Shown piece by piece: positions 38,804-49,139 of a DNA stretch of 64,000 nucleotides (the first letter of the stretch is position 1; every line of letters begins with the position of its first letter). The stretch comes from Gemmatimonadaceae bacterium (GTDB taxonomy: Bacteria > Gemmatimonadota > Gemmatimonadetes > Gemmatimonadales > Gemmatimonadaceae). The notes under the pieces were generated by a model. It saw only the letters and a list, made by a program, of their open reading frames with translations. It made no database searches and was not told where the DNA came from. The DNA is taken from contig DATLXE010000559.1 in the NCBI GenBank assembly GCA_035575795.1, positions 3,497-67,496 on the forward strand, given 5' to 3'. The translations under genes and the position numbers were made by a program.

Positions 38804-39727
38804 TCAACAGCCCGTGTATGCACTCTTCCAGGTCATCTTCCACCGTCCTGCAGAAACGCGCTCGAGCAGACCAAATCTTCCGCCTTCACCATAGATGAGA
38901 TTGACGACCAGCGCTGGACGCGATGGCGAACCGGTTTTGATTGCAGCGAGGATCTCAGTCAGCTGCACAAGTTCTTCCCTGGCGGCGTTCCGAGTGAAAT
39001 AGGCAAGAGCGTAAGGCGCGCCGCTGGTTTTTTTCTCGGCAATCAACAGCAGGTGCTCGACGCGTGGGTTCGCCTCCTGGTTGATGTTGCGAATGATGTC
39101 ACCGACAAGGACCTGTACCGAATCGTATTCGAACGAGTAGGCGCCTCGAACCCTGAATGGCAGTCCGCGAAACGCTCTGTCGGGGGCGACTGGCAAAAGG
39201 GCGGCGAGCCTCGCGAGCGTGGCGGTCGTCGCCGCGGAATCCGCGCGGGAGAGTCCTTCGATCGAATCGAGTGCAATCGCCTGTACGCGACCAGTCGCAA
39301 ATCCGATGTTCCAGCCCGCGGGCGCGGAACGCACCATGGTTGCGGCTGGCCAGCCGCGACATTCCCCACCGTACGTCTGGCGGAAAACAGTCACCGACGC
39401 GGTGCCGACCTTTCCCTCACGCGCGAAGAGATCCATTGCATAGCGCACGATCTGCGCATCGGGGACTGAGTCCAGCTGCATCACACTGTCTGTGACTTCC
39501 GGGAGAATGATGACGCCGCTGTCGCCATTCTGTTCCGTTGCGGCGAGCATCACCGGGCCTGCCTCGATCTTCCAGTTCGTCTTGCTCGCTGCTGGGGCCT
39601 CGATTACCGGGACCGTAGATGAAGCTACGACAGGAGGCACTGCCACGTTCTCGCGCTCGCCTCCACAGGCCCCTGCTACCGAAAGGCCCGCGGCAAATCC
39701 AAGGCGGGTAAGGCGGCAAAGAATCAT
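38804..39727 (-). CDS. hypothetical lipoprotein
   Basis: Lipobox AGAC; long ORF ending W..AYTGC. Confidence 0.65.
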   Translation of the reverse strand: MILCRLTRLGFAAGLSVAGACGGERENVAVPPVVASSTVPVIEAPAASKTNWKIEAGPVMLAATEQNGDSGVIILPEVTDSVMQLDSVPDAQIVRYAMDLFAREGKVGTASVTVFRQTYGGECRGWPAATMVRSAPAGWNIGFATGRVQAIALDSIEGLSRADSAATTATLARLAALLPVAPDRAFRGLPFRVRGAYSFEYDSVQVLVGDIIRNINQEANPRVEHLLLIAEKKTSGAPYALAYFTRNAAREELVQLTEILAAIKTGSPSRPALVVNLIYGEGGRFGLLERVSAGRWKMTWKSAYTGC

Positions 39728-39881
39728 GGAAAGTAATTTGTCCGGCACGGAGTGACCCGTCGAGAGAAGGGGCGGAATGGAGCTACGTCAGCCTACGTAT
39801 TCGCGTGCCGGCCTCGAGCATATAAGATGACTCCGTGAGACCGGATCTTCCCGGACGTCAACCCTGGAATACGGCAACATA

Positions 39882-41327
39882 ATGGCAACTTTGGAAGACG
39901 TGACAGAGCTGTCCCCCCGCGCGCCCGACGGCGACGCCGAGCCACCCCTTGCACCGACGCGCGAGAGGCTGAGCTGGGCACTCTACGACTTTGCCAACAC
40001 TGTTTTTTCGATGAACATCGCCACGCTCTATTTCTCGGCGTGGCTGGTCGCGGACCTCGGGCGCTCGAACACTCTCTACGCGACAGTGAACGGAATCGCA
40101 TCGGCACTGGTCGTCGTGTCGATTCCGCTGTTCGGCGCGATCTCGGATGCGACTCAGCGCCGCAAGCCGTGGGTCGTGGGCTTCACGCTCATCGCGTGCG
40201 TGGCCACTGTGATCATGGCGATGTTCGGACAGCTCGGCCTCCCGCTCTCCGGCGAGGGCATTGTCTCACCGACGACGGCCGCGCGCTGGGCGATGTCGCC
40301 CGGCACCGCGCTCTTCGGCGTCCTCGCTGCGTACACGATCGCAAATTATGCTTTTCAGGGAGCGCAGCCGTTCTACAATGCAATGATGTCCGAGCTCGGA
40401 CCGTCCTACACCCGGGGAAGGCTCTCGGGCACCGGTGCGGCGCTCGGCTACGTCGGCTCGATAACGGGCGTGCTGCTCACGCTGCCGTTCTTTACGGGCG
40501 CGATTCCTCTGCTTGGACAGCTTCCACAAGCGACGGTCGATTTTCTCCGCGGCATCGTTCCGTTCACCGGCAATGGCGGCCGAGTCTCGACGTTCGTTCC
40601 GACGGCGCTGCTCTTCCTGCTGTTCGCGCTTCCGCTCTTTCTATTTTGTCGGGACCACAACGCATCACGCGGCCGCAGCGATGTCAGGTGGCGCGACGCC
40701 TTCACGGGAGTGGCCGCGACGCTGAAAGCGACACGCCAATATCCCGGATCGCTCCGGTTCATCCTCACTTCGTTCCTCTACCAGGATGCGATGGGGACGA
40801 TCATCGCCAACATGGCGCTCTATGCGATCTATGCAATGGGCTTCACGAAGGGGTCCGAAGTAACTCTTTTCGTCGTTCTCACGATCCCTTCCATCCTGGG
40901 GAGCTACCTGCTGGGACGGCTTACGGACCGGATCGGGCCGAAGAGAACGCTCTCCTGGGTCATTGGCGCGTGGATAGTTCTGCTCATCGCGATGATCTTC
41001 GTGCCGACGCGCACATCGTTCTGGATCGTCGGCGCACTGATCGGCTTCATCTACGGCGGAGTTTCCACCGCGGAGAGGCCACTCCTCCTCACGCTCGTAC
41101 CTGCACGGGAGGCGGGAAGGTTCTTCAGCCTCATGGTCCTGTCGTCGCGCGCTGCGGCAGTCGTCGGCCCCTTCGTCTGGGCGCTGACCGTTGACGCGCT
41201 CATTCCCTCGATGGGAAGAGGATTCGCGTACCGCGCCGGCGTCGCGACGGTCGCACTCGGGATGATCGGAGCGTTGTGGCTGCTGCAAGGAGTGCCCGAC
41301 AAATTCAGGCGAAGAACCGTAGCGTGA
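39882..41327 (+). CDS. MFS transporter (UMF1/ATG22-like)
   Basis: SWALYDFAN, GAISD, FYNAM, about 12 TM helices. Confidence 0.88.
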   Translation: MATLEDVTELSPRAPDGDAEPPLAPTRERLSWALYDFANTVFSMNIATLYFSAWLVADLGRSNTLYATVNGIASALVVVSIPLFGAISDATQRRKPWVVGFTLIACVATVIMAMFGQLGLPLSGEGIVSPTTAARWAMSPGTALFGVLAAYTIANYAFQGAQPFYNAMMSELGPSYTRGRLSGTGAALGYVGSITGVLLTLPFFTGAIPLLGQLPQATVDFLRGIVPFTGNGGRVSTFVPTALLFLLFALPLFLFCRDHNASRGRSDVRWRDAFTGVAATLKATRQYPGSLRFILTSFLYQDAMGTIIANMALYAIYAMGFTKGSEVTLFVVLTIPSILGSYLLGRLTDRIGPKRTLSWVIGAWIVLLIAMIFVPTRTSFWIVGALIGFIYGGVSTAERPLLLTLVPAREAGRFFSLMVLSSRAAAVVGPFVWALTVDALIPSMGRGFAYRAGVATVALGMIGALWLLQGVPDKFRRRTVA

Positions 41328-42292
41328 TCTACTCCGTCATGAAGTGGATCACCGGAATCGCCCTTTACTGGTTCTATCGCGACATCCGCGTCGAGAACAA
41401 GCAGGCGATTCCGGCGACTGGTCCACTACTGATCGCGGTCAACCATCCGAATGCGCTCGTAGACGCGCTCATTGCCGCGTGGATCACCCCGCGACGCGTA
41501 GGGATGACGGCCAAGGCGACGCTCACGGACAACCCGATCGTTGCGGCCATCTTCAGACTGCTCGACGTGGTACCGCTCCGCCGCACGAGTGACGAGCGGG
41601 AGAGGAGCGGGCAGGTGGTGGATCCCACTCGCAACGCGGGTGCGTTCCGCGAGATTCTATCGCTGCTCGAGCGCGGGGGCGCAGTGCTGATATTTCCGGA
41701 AGGGAAAAGCCACAGCGAGGCGGAGCTCGCCCCGCTCAAGAGTGGCCTTGCACGCCTGGCGATTATGGCGCGCGACGAATCCGGGATTCGTGGGCTGCGT
41801 GTTCTCCCGATGGGTCTCGTGTTCGAGGACAAAGGGAGTCCAGGCAGCCTGGTCGGGGCGCGTATCGGCGAGCCAGTGGAGATGGACAGTTGGGACGGGG
41901 GTGATCACCAGGAACTCACGGCGGAAATCGCGCGCCGGCTGAGCAGTATGTCCAATCAGGCAGTCATTCCCGACACCAGCGACATCGTCGGGCGGGACCA
42001 CCATGCGTTCAACAAGCGCCTCATCGGCGTGGCGGCGTGGTGGGGACGTCTCACTCACCGCTTTCCGATACGGATGGCGCGCAATCTTGCCGTGCGTAGA
42101 AGCACCAACCCGGACGAGCCGGCAATGCTCACGATAATGTTCGGTCTGGGCTTCGTGCTGCTGACGTACCTGCTGCAGCTCGCCGTAGTCGGCGTAGTGG
42201 CGGATTCAGCGCTCGTCGTCGTTGCCTATCTCGCTACCCTGCTTGCCGGCGCCTACTGGGCCGCGTTCGAGGAGCATCCGCGGCGGTACTGA
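41324..42292 (+). CDS. lysophospholipid acyltransferase family protein
   Basis: NHPNALVD (HxxxxD), FPEG; GTGA overlap with MFS gene. Confidence 0.85.
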   Translation: MIYSVMKWITGIALYWFYRDIRVENKQAIPATGPLLIAVNHPNALVDALIAAWITPRRVGMTAKATLTDNPIVAAIFRLLDVVPLRRTSDERERSGQVVDPTRNAGAFREILSLLERGGAVLIFPEGKSHSEAELAPLKSGLARLAIMARDESGIRGLRVLPMGLVFEDKGSPGSLVGARIGEPVEMDSWDGGDHQELTAEIARRLSSMSNQAVIPDTSDIVGRDHHAFNKRLIGVAAWWGRLTHRFPIRMARNLAVRRSTNPDEPAMLTIMFGLGFVLLTYLLQLAVVGVVADSALVVVAYLATLLAGAYWAAFEEHPRRY

Positions 42293-42293
42293 A

Positions 42294-45236
42294 TTACAAC
42301 TTCGTCTCGAGCCAGTTCTTCCCCTCGCCCAGATCGACGACGAGCGGCACCGCCAGCTCCGCTGCATGCTCCATCTCGTGCTGCACGAGCAGGCGAACGT
42401 CGGCGAGCTCTTCGGGAGCGACTTCGAAAACGAGCTCGTCGTGAACCTGCAGCAGCATCTTGCTCGACAGCTCGCGCGCCCTCAGCGCATCGTCGATCCG
42501 AATCATCGCGATCTTGATCAGGTCCGCGGCCGAGCCCTGGATCGGAGAGTTGGCGGCGGTTCGCTCGCCGAACGCGCGAATGTTGAAGTTGCGCTCGCGT
42601 AGCTCAGGGATGTAGCGCCTCCGGCCGAAGATGGTTTGCACGTACCCGTGTTCCCGCGCAAACGCCACCATGGAATCGAGGTACGCGCGCACCCCCTGAA
42701 AGCGCTCGAAATATTTCGCGATGAAGTCTTTTGCCTCGGCGTGCTCGATGTCCAGCTGTCGGGAAAGTGCGTGCGGGCCCTGTCCGTAGATCGTCGCGAA
42801 GTTGATGGTCTTCGCGCGGCCCCGCATGTCACTTGTGACTTCCTCGAGTGCGACCTCGAAGATGAGCGCGGCCGTCTGACGGTGGATGTCGCCGCCGGCC
42901 CGGAACGCCTCGACGAATGCCGGGTCGTGTGACAGGTGAGCAAGCAGCCGAAGCTCGATCTGCGAGTAGTCGGCAGCGAGCAGCACCCATCCCTTACGCG
43001 GAATGAATCCTTTCCGGATGTCGCGGCCGAGCTCTCTCCGGATCGGAATGTTCTGGAGATTGGGATCGCTCGATGAGAGCCGGCCAGTGCTGGCGACAGT
43101 CTGATTGAACGACGTGTGCAGTCGTCCGGTTTTAGGATTGACCAGCCGCGGCAGAGCGTCGAGGTAGGTGTTCTCGAGCTTCGACAGCTCCCGATATTCC
43201 ATCAGCAGCACCGGTAGCGCGTGGCCTTCCTCGGCCAACTCCTTCAGCACGCTGGCGTCGGTCGAAGGACCGGTGCTGGTTTTCTTCAACACTGGCAGGT
43301 TGAGCTTACCGAAGAGAATCTCACGCAGCTGCGGGTTGGAGTTGATGTTGAACTCCGTCCCTGCCACTTCGTAGATCTGCTTCTCTACCACCTCGCGCTC
43401 CGCCTGAAAGCGCTGCTTGAGCGATGCGAACCAGGGAAGATCGATCGCGATGCCCGTCCATTCCATTTCGGCAAGCACATCGACGAGCGGTATTTCCACG
43501 CCCGACAACAGTTGTGTCAGCTCGTGCGCGGCAAGCTGCGGCTCGAAGATCCGGCGCAGCTGCAGGGCGATGTCGGCTTCCTCGCACGAGTAGTCACGCG
43601 CTGCCTCGACCGGACATTCGTCGAACGCAACCGCACCCTTTCCCTTCCCGCAGAGATCGGTATACGACGTAAGCGTGTGCTCGAGAAATTCCAGAGCGAG
43701 CACATCGAGCCCGTGCGACCGGCGGCCGGGATCGAGTACATAACTCGAAAGCATCGTGTCAAAGTCCAATCCCGCCAGGTTCACGCCGGCTGCACGCAGC
43801 ACGAGGAGATCGTACTTGGAGTTCTGGGCTGTTTTCTTGATCGCCGGATCCTCGAGAAGCTGTCGGAGCGGAGACATCTCGGGTGAATCGAGCGGGGGAA
43901 GATTACGCACGCTCTCTGGCCGTGCGCTCCTCAACATGCGTGCGGCGATCCCGACGGGCTCGGCGGCGGTCTTCTTTTTTGCTGGCAGGTCCAGGAAAAT
44001 CTCGTCACCACCACGCACCAGACCGCGCTCTTCCGGCGCGTCGGTTGCGGCCCTGTCTCCCGCCGCATCGACCAACAGCTCGCCCTGCGTTGGACGCGGT
44101 ACCCGGTGACGGAGGGGGAAGTAGTACGCTTCGCCAGCGTTGACGGCGATCGAAAGGCCCACCAGCGACGACCGCAGCGGGTCCACAGTCTGGGGGCTGT
44201 CGGCGTCGATCAGAGTCTCGGTGTCGAGCGCAATAAGTCCGGTTTGACGCGCCCGTTCCACGGCTCGGGCTACGTCTTCCACGGTATCGACCGTGACATA
44301 GTTGAGTGTCTTCTTCGCCTTCGGCTCCACCGGCGCCTGAACCGCCGAGTCCTTGGCAAGCGCGTGAAACTCGAGCTCGATGAATAGATCGCGCAGTCGG
44401 ATGTGATCAGGCTCGCGCACCTTCATCTTGTCGAGATCGAACGGTACGGCTAAATCGGTTCTAATTGTTACTAATTCTTTGGAAAGGCGGGCGTTTTCAG
44501 AATGTTCGAGCAGCGCTTCACGCGGTCGCTTCTTCGTGATCTCCGCCGCGTGCTCCAGGATTGACTCGAGGTGCCCGTACTGCCTGACGAGCTCGGCCGC
44601 CGTCTTGTCGCCGATACCTTTGACGCCGGGAATGTTGTCCGACGAGTCTCCGACCAACGCGAGATAGTCCGTGACGAATTCGGGAGGAACGCCGAGTCTC
44701 TCCGCTGCGTTATCGGTGCCGACCCAGTGCTCTTCGACATTGGCGGGACCGCCGCGGCCGGGGTTGAGTAGCCACACCCCCGGCTGAACGAGCTGCTGGA
44801 AATCCTTGTCGCCCGAAACCACGACGACGTTCACTCCAGCCTCGACGCTTCGCGCGACTAAAGTTCCGATGACGTCATCCGCTTCGTAGCCCGGCAGGGT
44901 AAGAATCGGTATGCGGTAGGCATCGAGGATCTGGCAGATGCGATCCATGCCACGGTCGAAATCTGACTGCAGCTCTTCGGTGAGCTTCTCGCGTGTCGCC
45001 TTGTAGGCGGGATACCGCTCGTGCCGGAAGGAAAGCCCGGAGTCATGAACCCACCCCAGATACTCCGGGCGGTGCTTGGTGATCATGCGCTGGAGAAAGT
45101 TCGCGATGCCCCAGCTTGCCGAAGTGTTCTCGCCTTTGCTGGTAGTGAGCGGGCGTGAAATGAGGGCGAAAAACGCCCGGTAGATCAGCGCATATCCATC
45201 CACGAGAAAGAGCCGCGGGCTCTCCGGAACTTTCAT
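42294..45236 (-). CDS. polA: DNA polymerase I
   Basis: 5' nuclease (DG..YRAF, EADD, GDKD), ExoI DTET, motif A DYSQIELR, motif B KTINFATIYG, motif C VHDE. Confidence 0.97.
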   Translation of the reverse strand: MKVPESPRLFLVDGYALIYRAFFALISRPLTTSKGENTSASWGIANFLQRMITKHRPEYLGWVHDSGLSFRHERYPAYKATREKLTEELQSDFDRGMDRICQILDAYRIPILTLPGYEADDVIGTLVARSVEAGVNVVVVSGDKDFQQLVQPGVWLLNPGRGGPANVEEHWVGTDNAAERLGVPPEFVTDYLALVGDSSDNIPGVKGIGDKTAAELVRQYGHLESILEHAAEITKKRPREALLEHSENARLSKELVTIRTDLAVPFDLDKMKVREPDHIRLRDLFIELEFHALAKDSAVQAPVEPKAKKTLNYVTVDTVEDVARAVERARQTGLIALDTETLIDADSPQTVDPLRSSLVGLSIAVNAGEAYYFPLRHRVPRPTQGELLVDAAGDRAATDAPEERGLVRGGDEIFLDLPAKKKTAAEPVGIAARMLRSARPESVRNLPPLDSPEMSPLRQLLEDPAIKKTAQNSKYDLLVLRAAGVNLAGLDFDTMLSSYVLDPGRRSHGLDVLALEFLEHTLTSYTDLCGKGKGAVAFDECPVEAARDYSCEEADIALQLRRIFEPQLAAHELTQLLSGVEIPLVDVLAEMEWTGIAIDLPWFASLKQRFQAEREVVEKQIYEVAGTEFNINSNPQLREILFGKLNLPVLKKTSTGPSTDASVLKELAEEGHALPVLLMEYRELSKLENTYLDALPRLVNPKTGRLHTSFNQTVASTGRLSSSDPNLQNIPIRRELGRDIRKGFIPRKGWVLLAADYSQIELRLLAHLSHDPAFVEAFRAGGDIHRQTAALIFEVALEEVTSDMRGRAKTINFATIYGQGPHALSRQLDIEHAEAKDFIAKYFERFQGVRAYLDSMVAFAREHGYVQTIFGRRRYIPELRERNFNIRAFGERTAANSPIQGSAADLIKIAMIRIDDALRARELSSKMLLQVHDELVFEVAPEELADVRLLVQHEMEHAAELAVPLVVDLGEGKNWLETKL

Positions 45237-45263
45237 GGAGTGAATATAAGACGCGCCCTTACA

Positions 45264-46649
45264 TCATCGCGCCCACCGCCGCGAGTTCAGAAGTGCGAAC
45301 TCGTTCTCACTCGGGCGGGTAAGCCTCCACCGCCCGGTTTCCTCGTAGAACGTGAGCTGGGAGTTGTACTGCCTGTACTGCCATACCTGAAGGCGAGCCG
45401 CCGTGGAAGCCTGGGCCACGGAAAGGGTCTGGTTGACGCTGCGCTCCAGAATCTGGTCAGGCTCGCCAAGAGCGACGAACACCATGCCACGATCCGACAG
45501 CCATCCGGGATTGCGGTCGGTCCTGAACTGCGCGTTCGCCTGCTGAATGCGATTGAAGTATCCCTGCATGTCCTCGTTGATCGACGTTTCCGGAATCGGA
45601 TCCGTCGCCCGCAGAAATTCAGCCCAGACGGATGCGCGGCGCTCCGGTGGTGCATCGCGCAGCGTCTTCAGGCGCGACGAGGAGGCGAAATAGCGCAGAT
45701 AGCCGAGCATGTCCTCGAACGACATCAGCGGGATGTCTTCGCCGAACGTGACGAACAGTGGCGCACGCACCGTGTCCCGCCAGTCACTCCTCGTGAAGAG
45801 AACGTTCGCGATTCCAACGCCGATGGAAGAAATCGGAACGTTGACGACGCCGGTGAACAGTGAGCCGCTGCGGCTCAGGGTACTCGAGTCCCGCAAAATG
45901 GTGACGCCCTGGTTGTTACGGACCGTGTAGCGGACGGGAAGTCTCGATCCTGGCCCGTAACCTTCGACGTAAATCGCAATCGTGCTGTCCCGGCCGAACA
46001 CCGCGCTCGATCGCGGACTGCCGAGCAGGCGCGGCACGGAGTCCAGCGTGGAGCGGCCCTTCGCCTCGTAGACGAGCATCGGTGTCGAGAGCGAAGGCTC
46101 GCGAAAGCTGGGCACAACGATCTCACCCGACTGGTTCCCTGTCCGCGAGCCGCCGACATCACGCACCATGAGTGACATCGAGTAGCTGCCCGGCGGCACA
46201 CGGAAGAAGTGCTGGAAGATGACGCTCTCGTCGGTGCGGTTGATCTCCCGGAAAGTGCCAACGCGCACGATCTCCATCACGTTGATGGTTGCGGCCTCCA
46301 CTTCTCCGCGCCGCAGCGTGAGCTTTACCTCGTATGGCGCGCGGTACCTGTCGCCCTCGCGAGTGAAGGTAAGTGCGCGGTTCGGAATCGACACACTGGC
46401 GAGTACGATCGTCGTATCGGGCGCATTTGCCGCAAAGTACGACACCTTTCCGACGAACGAGAGCGGCGCCGGGCCGGCGATCAGGCCGAGCTGCCGGTAG
46501 AGCTGGCTCACGTCCGGAGGTGCGGTGCCTTCACGGGGAAGTGGCCGCGGATCGAGGGTCGGCTCAGCGCGCGAGCCGGAGCAGCCAAGGAAACCGATCC
46601 CGGCCAGTGCCGTGGCCAAGGCCAGCGAGCAATTCAGGAGAGTCGTCAT
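45264..46649 (-). CDS. GWxTD domain-containing lipoprotein
   Basis: Lipobox FLGC; DP.PET.INE, R...AN..F, GWLSDRG.VF..LGEPD. Confidence 0.85.
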   Translation of the reverse strand: MTTLLNCSLALATALAGIGFLGCSGSRAEPTLDPRPLPREGTAPPDVSQLYRQLGLIAGPAPLSFVGKVSYFAANAPDTTIVLASVSIPNRALTFTREGDRYRAPYEVKLTLRRGEVEAATINVMEIVRVGTFREINRTDESVIFQHFFRVPPGSYSMSLMVRDVGGSRTGNQSGEIVVPSFREPSLSTPMLVYEAKGRSTLDSVPRLLGSPRSSAVFGRDSTIAIYVEGYGPGSRLPVRYTVRNNQGVTILRDSSTLSRSGSLFTGVVNVPISSIGVGIANVLFTRSDWRDTVRAPLFVTFGEDIPLMSFEDMLGYLRYFASSSRLKTLRDAPPERRASVWAEFLRATDPIPETSINEDMQGYFNRIQQANAQFRTDRNPGWLSDRGMVFVALGEPDQILERSVNQTLSVAQASTAARLQVWQYRQYNSQLTFYEETGRWRLTRPSENEFALLNSRRWAR

Positions 46650-46699
46650 CGAAGTAAATACCCCTATCCGGTCCCGCCGGTTTCTGTTAGCTTCGCCGC

Positions 46700-47605
46700 G
46701 TGTCCCGAGAAAAGCTGGTCGGCACTTCCGTAGCTGGCTATCAGGTCAAGAAAGAGGTCGGCGAGGGTGGTACCTCCGCCGTATTTCTGGCCGAGCATCC
46801 GAATCATGGCACCGTCGCACTGAAAGTGCTACGGGAAAAGCTGCGCCAGGATCGCACTGCCGTCGCGCGTTTCATCCGCGAGGCGAAGTATGGCGCGCGC
46901 GTCCGCCACCCCAACGTCGTCGAGACGATCGAGATCGGCGAGGCCGAGAACGGCCTTCACTTCCTCGCGATCGAGTGGGCGGAAGGCGAGATACTCGAGC
47001 GCTACGCCAAGCAGCACGCACCGCTCCCGAAGGGCGAGGCGACGGTAATCGTGTCGCAGGTCGCCGCCGCGGTACAAGCCGCTCACGACGCGAACATCGT
47101 TCACCGGGATCTGAAGCCGGAAAATGTGATGTACGATCCGAAGACGAAGAAGGTGAAGCTTCTCGACTTCGGAATCGCGACCGACACCCAGGCACCGAGC
47201 GACGAGAGGCTGACGCGCGCCGGGTTTTTCGTCGGCACACTGATGTACATCGCGCCCGAAGCGCTCTCCGGTGAGCTCGTTACCGCCGCCGCCGATCAGT
47301 ACAGCATCGCAACGATCGCCTACTTCCTGCTCACGAAATGCCTGCCCTACACGGCGAAGGCACCCCGCGAGATGTTCACGCAGCTTCTGACGATGCCCCC
47401 GATCCCGCTGCGTGATGCCTGCGACGACGTCCAGTTCAGTCCCGCACTGGAAACGGTAATCATGCGCGCATTGTCCCGCACACCATCGTCGCGCTATCCG
47501 AGCGTCGATGCTTTTTCGAAGGCGTTCCAGGAAGCGGCGGCTGTCGAGATGGAGCCTGTTCGCGCCCTCGACAAGTTCAAGGGACTATTTGGACGCAGTC
47601 GCTAG
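46700..47605 (+). CDS. Hanks-type Ser/Thr protein kinase (kinase domain only)
   Basis: GEGG, VALK, HRDLKPEN, DFG, GT..YIAPE; no TM or sensor domain. Confidence 0.92.
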   Translation: MSREKLVGTSVAGYQVKKEVGEGGTSAVFLAEHPNHGTVALKVLREKLRQDRTAVARFIREAKYGARVRHPNVVETIEIGEAENGLHFLAIEWAEGEILERYAKQHAPLPKGEATVIVSQVAAAVQAAHDANIVHRDLKPENVMYDPKTKKVKLLDFGIATDTQAPSDERLTRAGFFVGTLMYIAPEALSGELVTAAADQYSIATIAYFLLTKCLPYTAKAPREMFTQLLTMPPIPLRDACDDVQFSPALETVIMRALSRTPSSRYPSVDAFSKAFQEAAAVEMEPVRALDKFKGLFGRSR

Positions 47606-48535
47606 ATCGTCGGGATCCACCGGAAGCCACAGCGTAAACGTGGAGCCCTTTCCGGCCTCGCTCTGCAGCTCCACCATTCCCCCGATCAGCGCCGCCAGGC
47701 GACGCGAAATAGGCAATCCGAGCCCGGTTCCACGCTCGGCGGAATGTCCCCGCGGCCCCGCACCAACCTGCTCGAACTCGTCAAAGATGCGGCTCTGGTC
47801 GGCCGGAGCGATGCCGATGCCCGTATCGATGACCTGAATTCCGATCCAGGGCGACGCCGGATATGACAACCGATCGTCGGACGATTTCGGTTGTTGCGAG
47901 GGAGGAGAGTCAACCAGTCGTGTACGGATGATGATTCCACCTTCATTCGTGTACTTCACCGCGTTGCCAAGCAGGTTCACGAGAATCTGACGCAGGTGCG
48001 TGGGATCCGTCCTGATGCGGGGCAGGGCCGCTCCCATCACGAGCGACAGCGTCAGCGCCTTCTCGCTGACGAGCGATTCGATCTCGCTCGCAACATCGAG
48101 CACAAAGGGGCGCAGGTCGACGGGTTCGGTATGAATTTCCAGTCGGCCCGCAGCCATTTTAGCGAGATCCAGCACCTGGTCGACCAAGTGCCGGAGATGA
48201 TTGGCCGATGCCTCGATGCGCTCAACCGGTTTTACCTGGCGCGGCGCGAGCTCACCGTAAACTCCTTCACGCAGGAGATCCACGAACCCGACGATCGCGT
48301 TGAGTGGAGTGCGCAGCTCATGAGAGACGTTCGCCAAGAACTCGCTCTTCATGCGGTTGACGCGAAGCAGCTCCGACGACAGACGCTCGAGCTCCTTCGA
48401 GCGCTCGACGAGACTGCGCGCCTGCCGCCGCTCGTGACGAAGCACGAGCGCGAGGCCGAGAACGGCGCCCAGTGATACGGCCCAGCCAATCAAACTCGTC
48501 CACTCGTCGAGGCCGAGCTGTAGGAATGTGCGCAT
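47585..48535 (-). CDS. membrane-anchored histidine kinase (HisKA + HATPase), orphan
   Basis: SHELRTPLN, NLLGNAVKYT, DTGIGI, GTGLGL; one N-terminal TM helix. Confidence 0.92.
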   Translation of the reverse strand: MRTFLQLGLDEWTSLIGWAVSLGAVLGLALVLRHERRQARSLVERSKELERLSSELLRVNRMKSEFLANVSHELRTPLNAIVGFVDLLREGVYGELAPRQVKPVERIEASANHLRHLVDQVLDLAKMAAGRLEIHTEPVDLRPFVLDVASEIESLVSEKALTLSLVMGAALPRIRTDPTHLRQILVNLLGNAVKYTNEGGIIIRTRLVDSPPSQQPKSSDDRLSYPASPWIGIQVIDTGIGIAPADQSRIFDEFEQVGAGPRGHSAERGTGLGLPISRRLAALIGGMVELQSEAGKGSTFTLWLPVDPDDLATASK

Positions 48536-48571
48536 TGACTCCAATCTACGGACCCCCTAACCTCCCGCACT

Positions 48572-49132
48572 ATGCCGGACACGACGACCCTGATCGCGCT
48601 GCTTGCATCGCGCTCCGCGCGGCGGGGACAGTTCACACTCGCTTCGGGAAAGTCCTCGACTCTCTACATCGACGCGCGACTCACGACGATGAGTCCGGAG
48701 GGTCTGGCCCTCATCGGCCCGCTTTCACTCGAGATCATGCGCATGCACGATTGGCGCGCTGATTCAGCCGGCGGCCTCACGCTCGGCGCCGATCCAATCG
48801 CCTATGCGATCAGCTACGCAAGCGCGGGTAGCCAGTTTCCCGTGCGGGCATTCACCGTGCGCAAGGAAACGAAGTCACATGGCACGGGAAAGCTCATCGA
48901 AGGACCGTTCCGGGGAGGAGACCGTGTTGCAATCATCGAGGATGTGATTACGACCGGAGGATCGGCGCTGCGCGCTGTTGAAGCCGTGCGCAGCGCCGGA
49001 GGTGAGCCGGTAGGAGTACTCGCGTTGGTCGACCGCGAAGAGGGAGGCCGGGAAGCTCTCGTCGCATCAACCGGTCTCTCCGTGGTCAGCATAGTCCGGG
49101 CAAGCGAGATAGTCGCGCGGATGCCCGCTTGA
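48572..49132 (+). CDS. pyrE: orotate phosphoribosyltransferase
   Basis: FTLASG.SS.YID, RKETKSHG, IEDVITTGGS. Confidence 0.95.
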   Translation: MPDTTTLIALLASRSARRGQFTLASGKSSTLYIDARLTTMSPEGLALIGPLSLEIMRMHDWRADSAGGLTLGADPIAYAISYASAGSQFPVRAFTVRKETKSHGTGKLIEGPFRGGDRVAIIEDVITTGGSALRAVEAVRSAGGEPVGVLALVDREEGGREALVASTGLSVVSIVRASEIVARMPA

Positions 49133-49139
49133 TGGCGAG

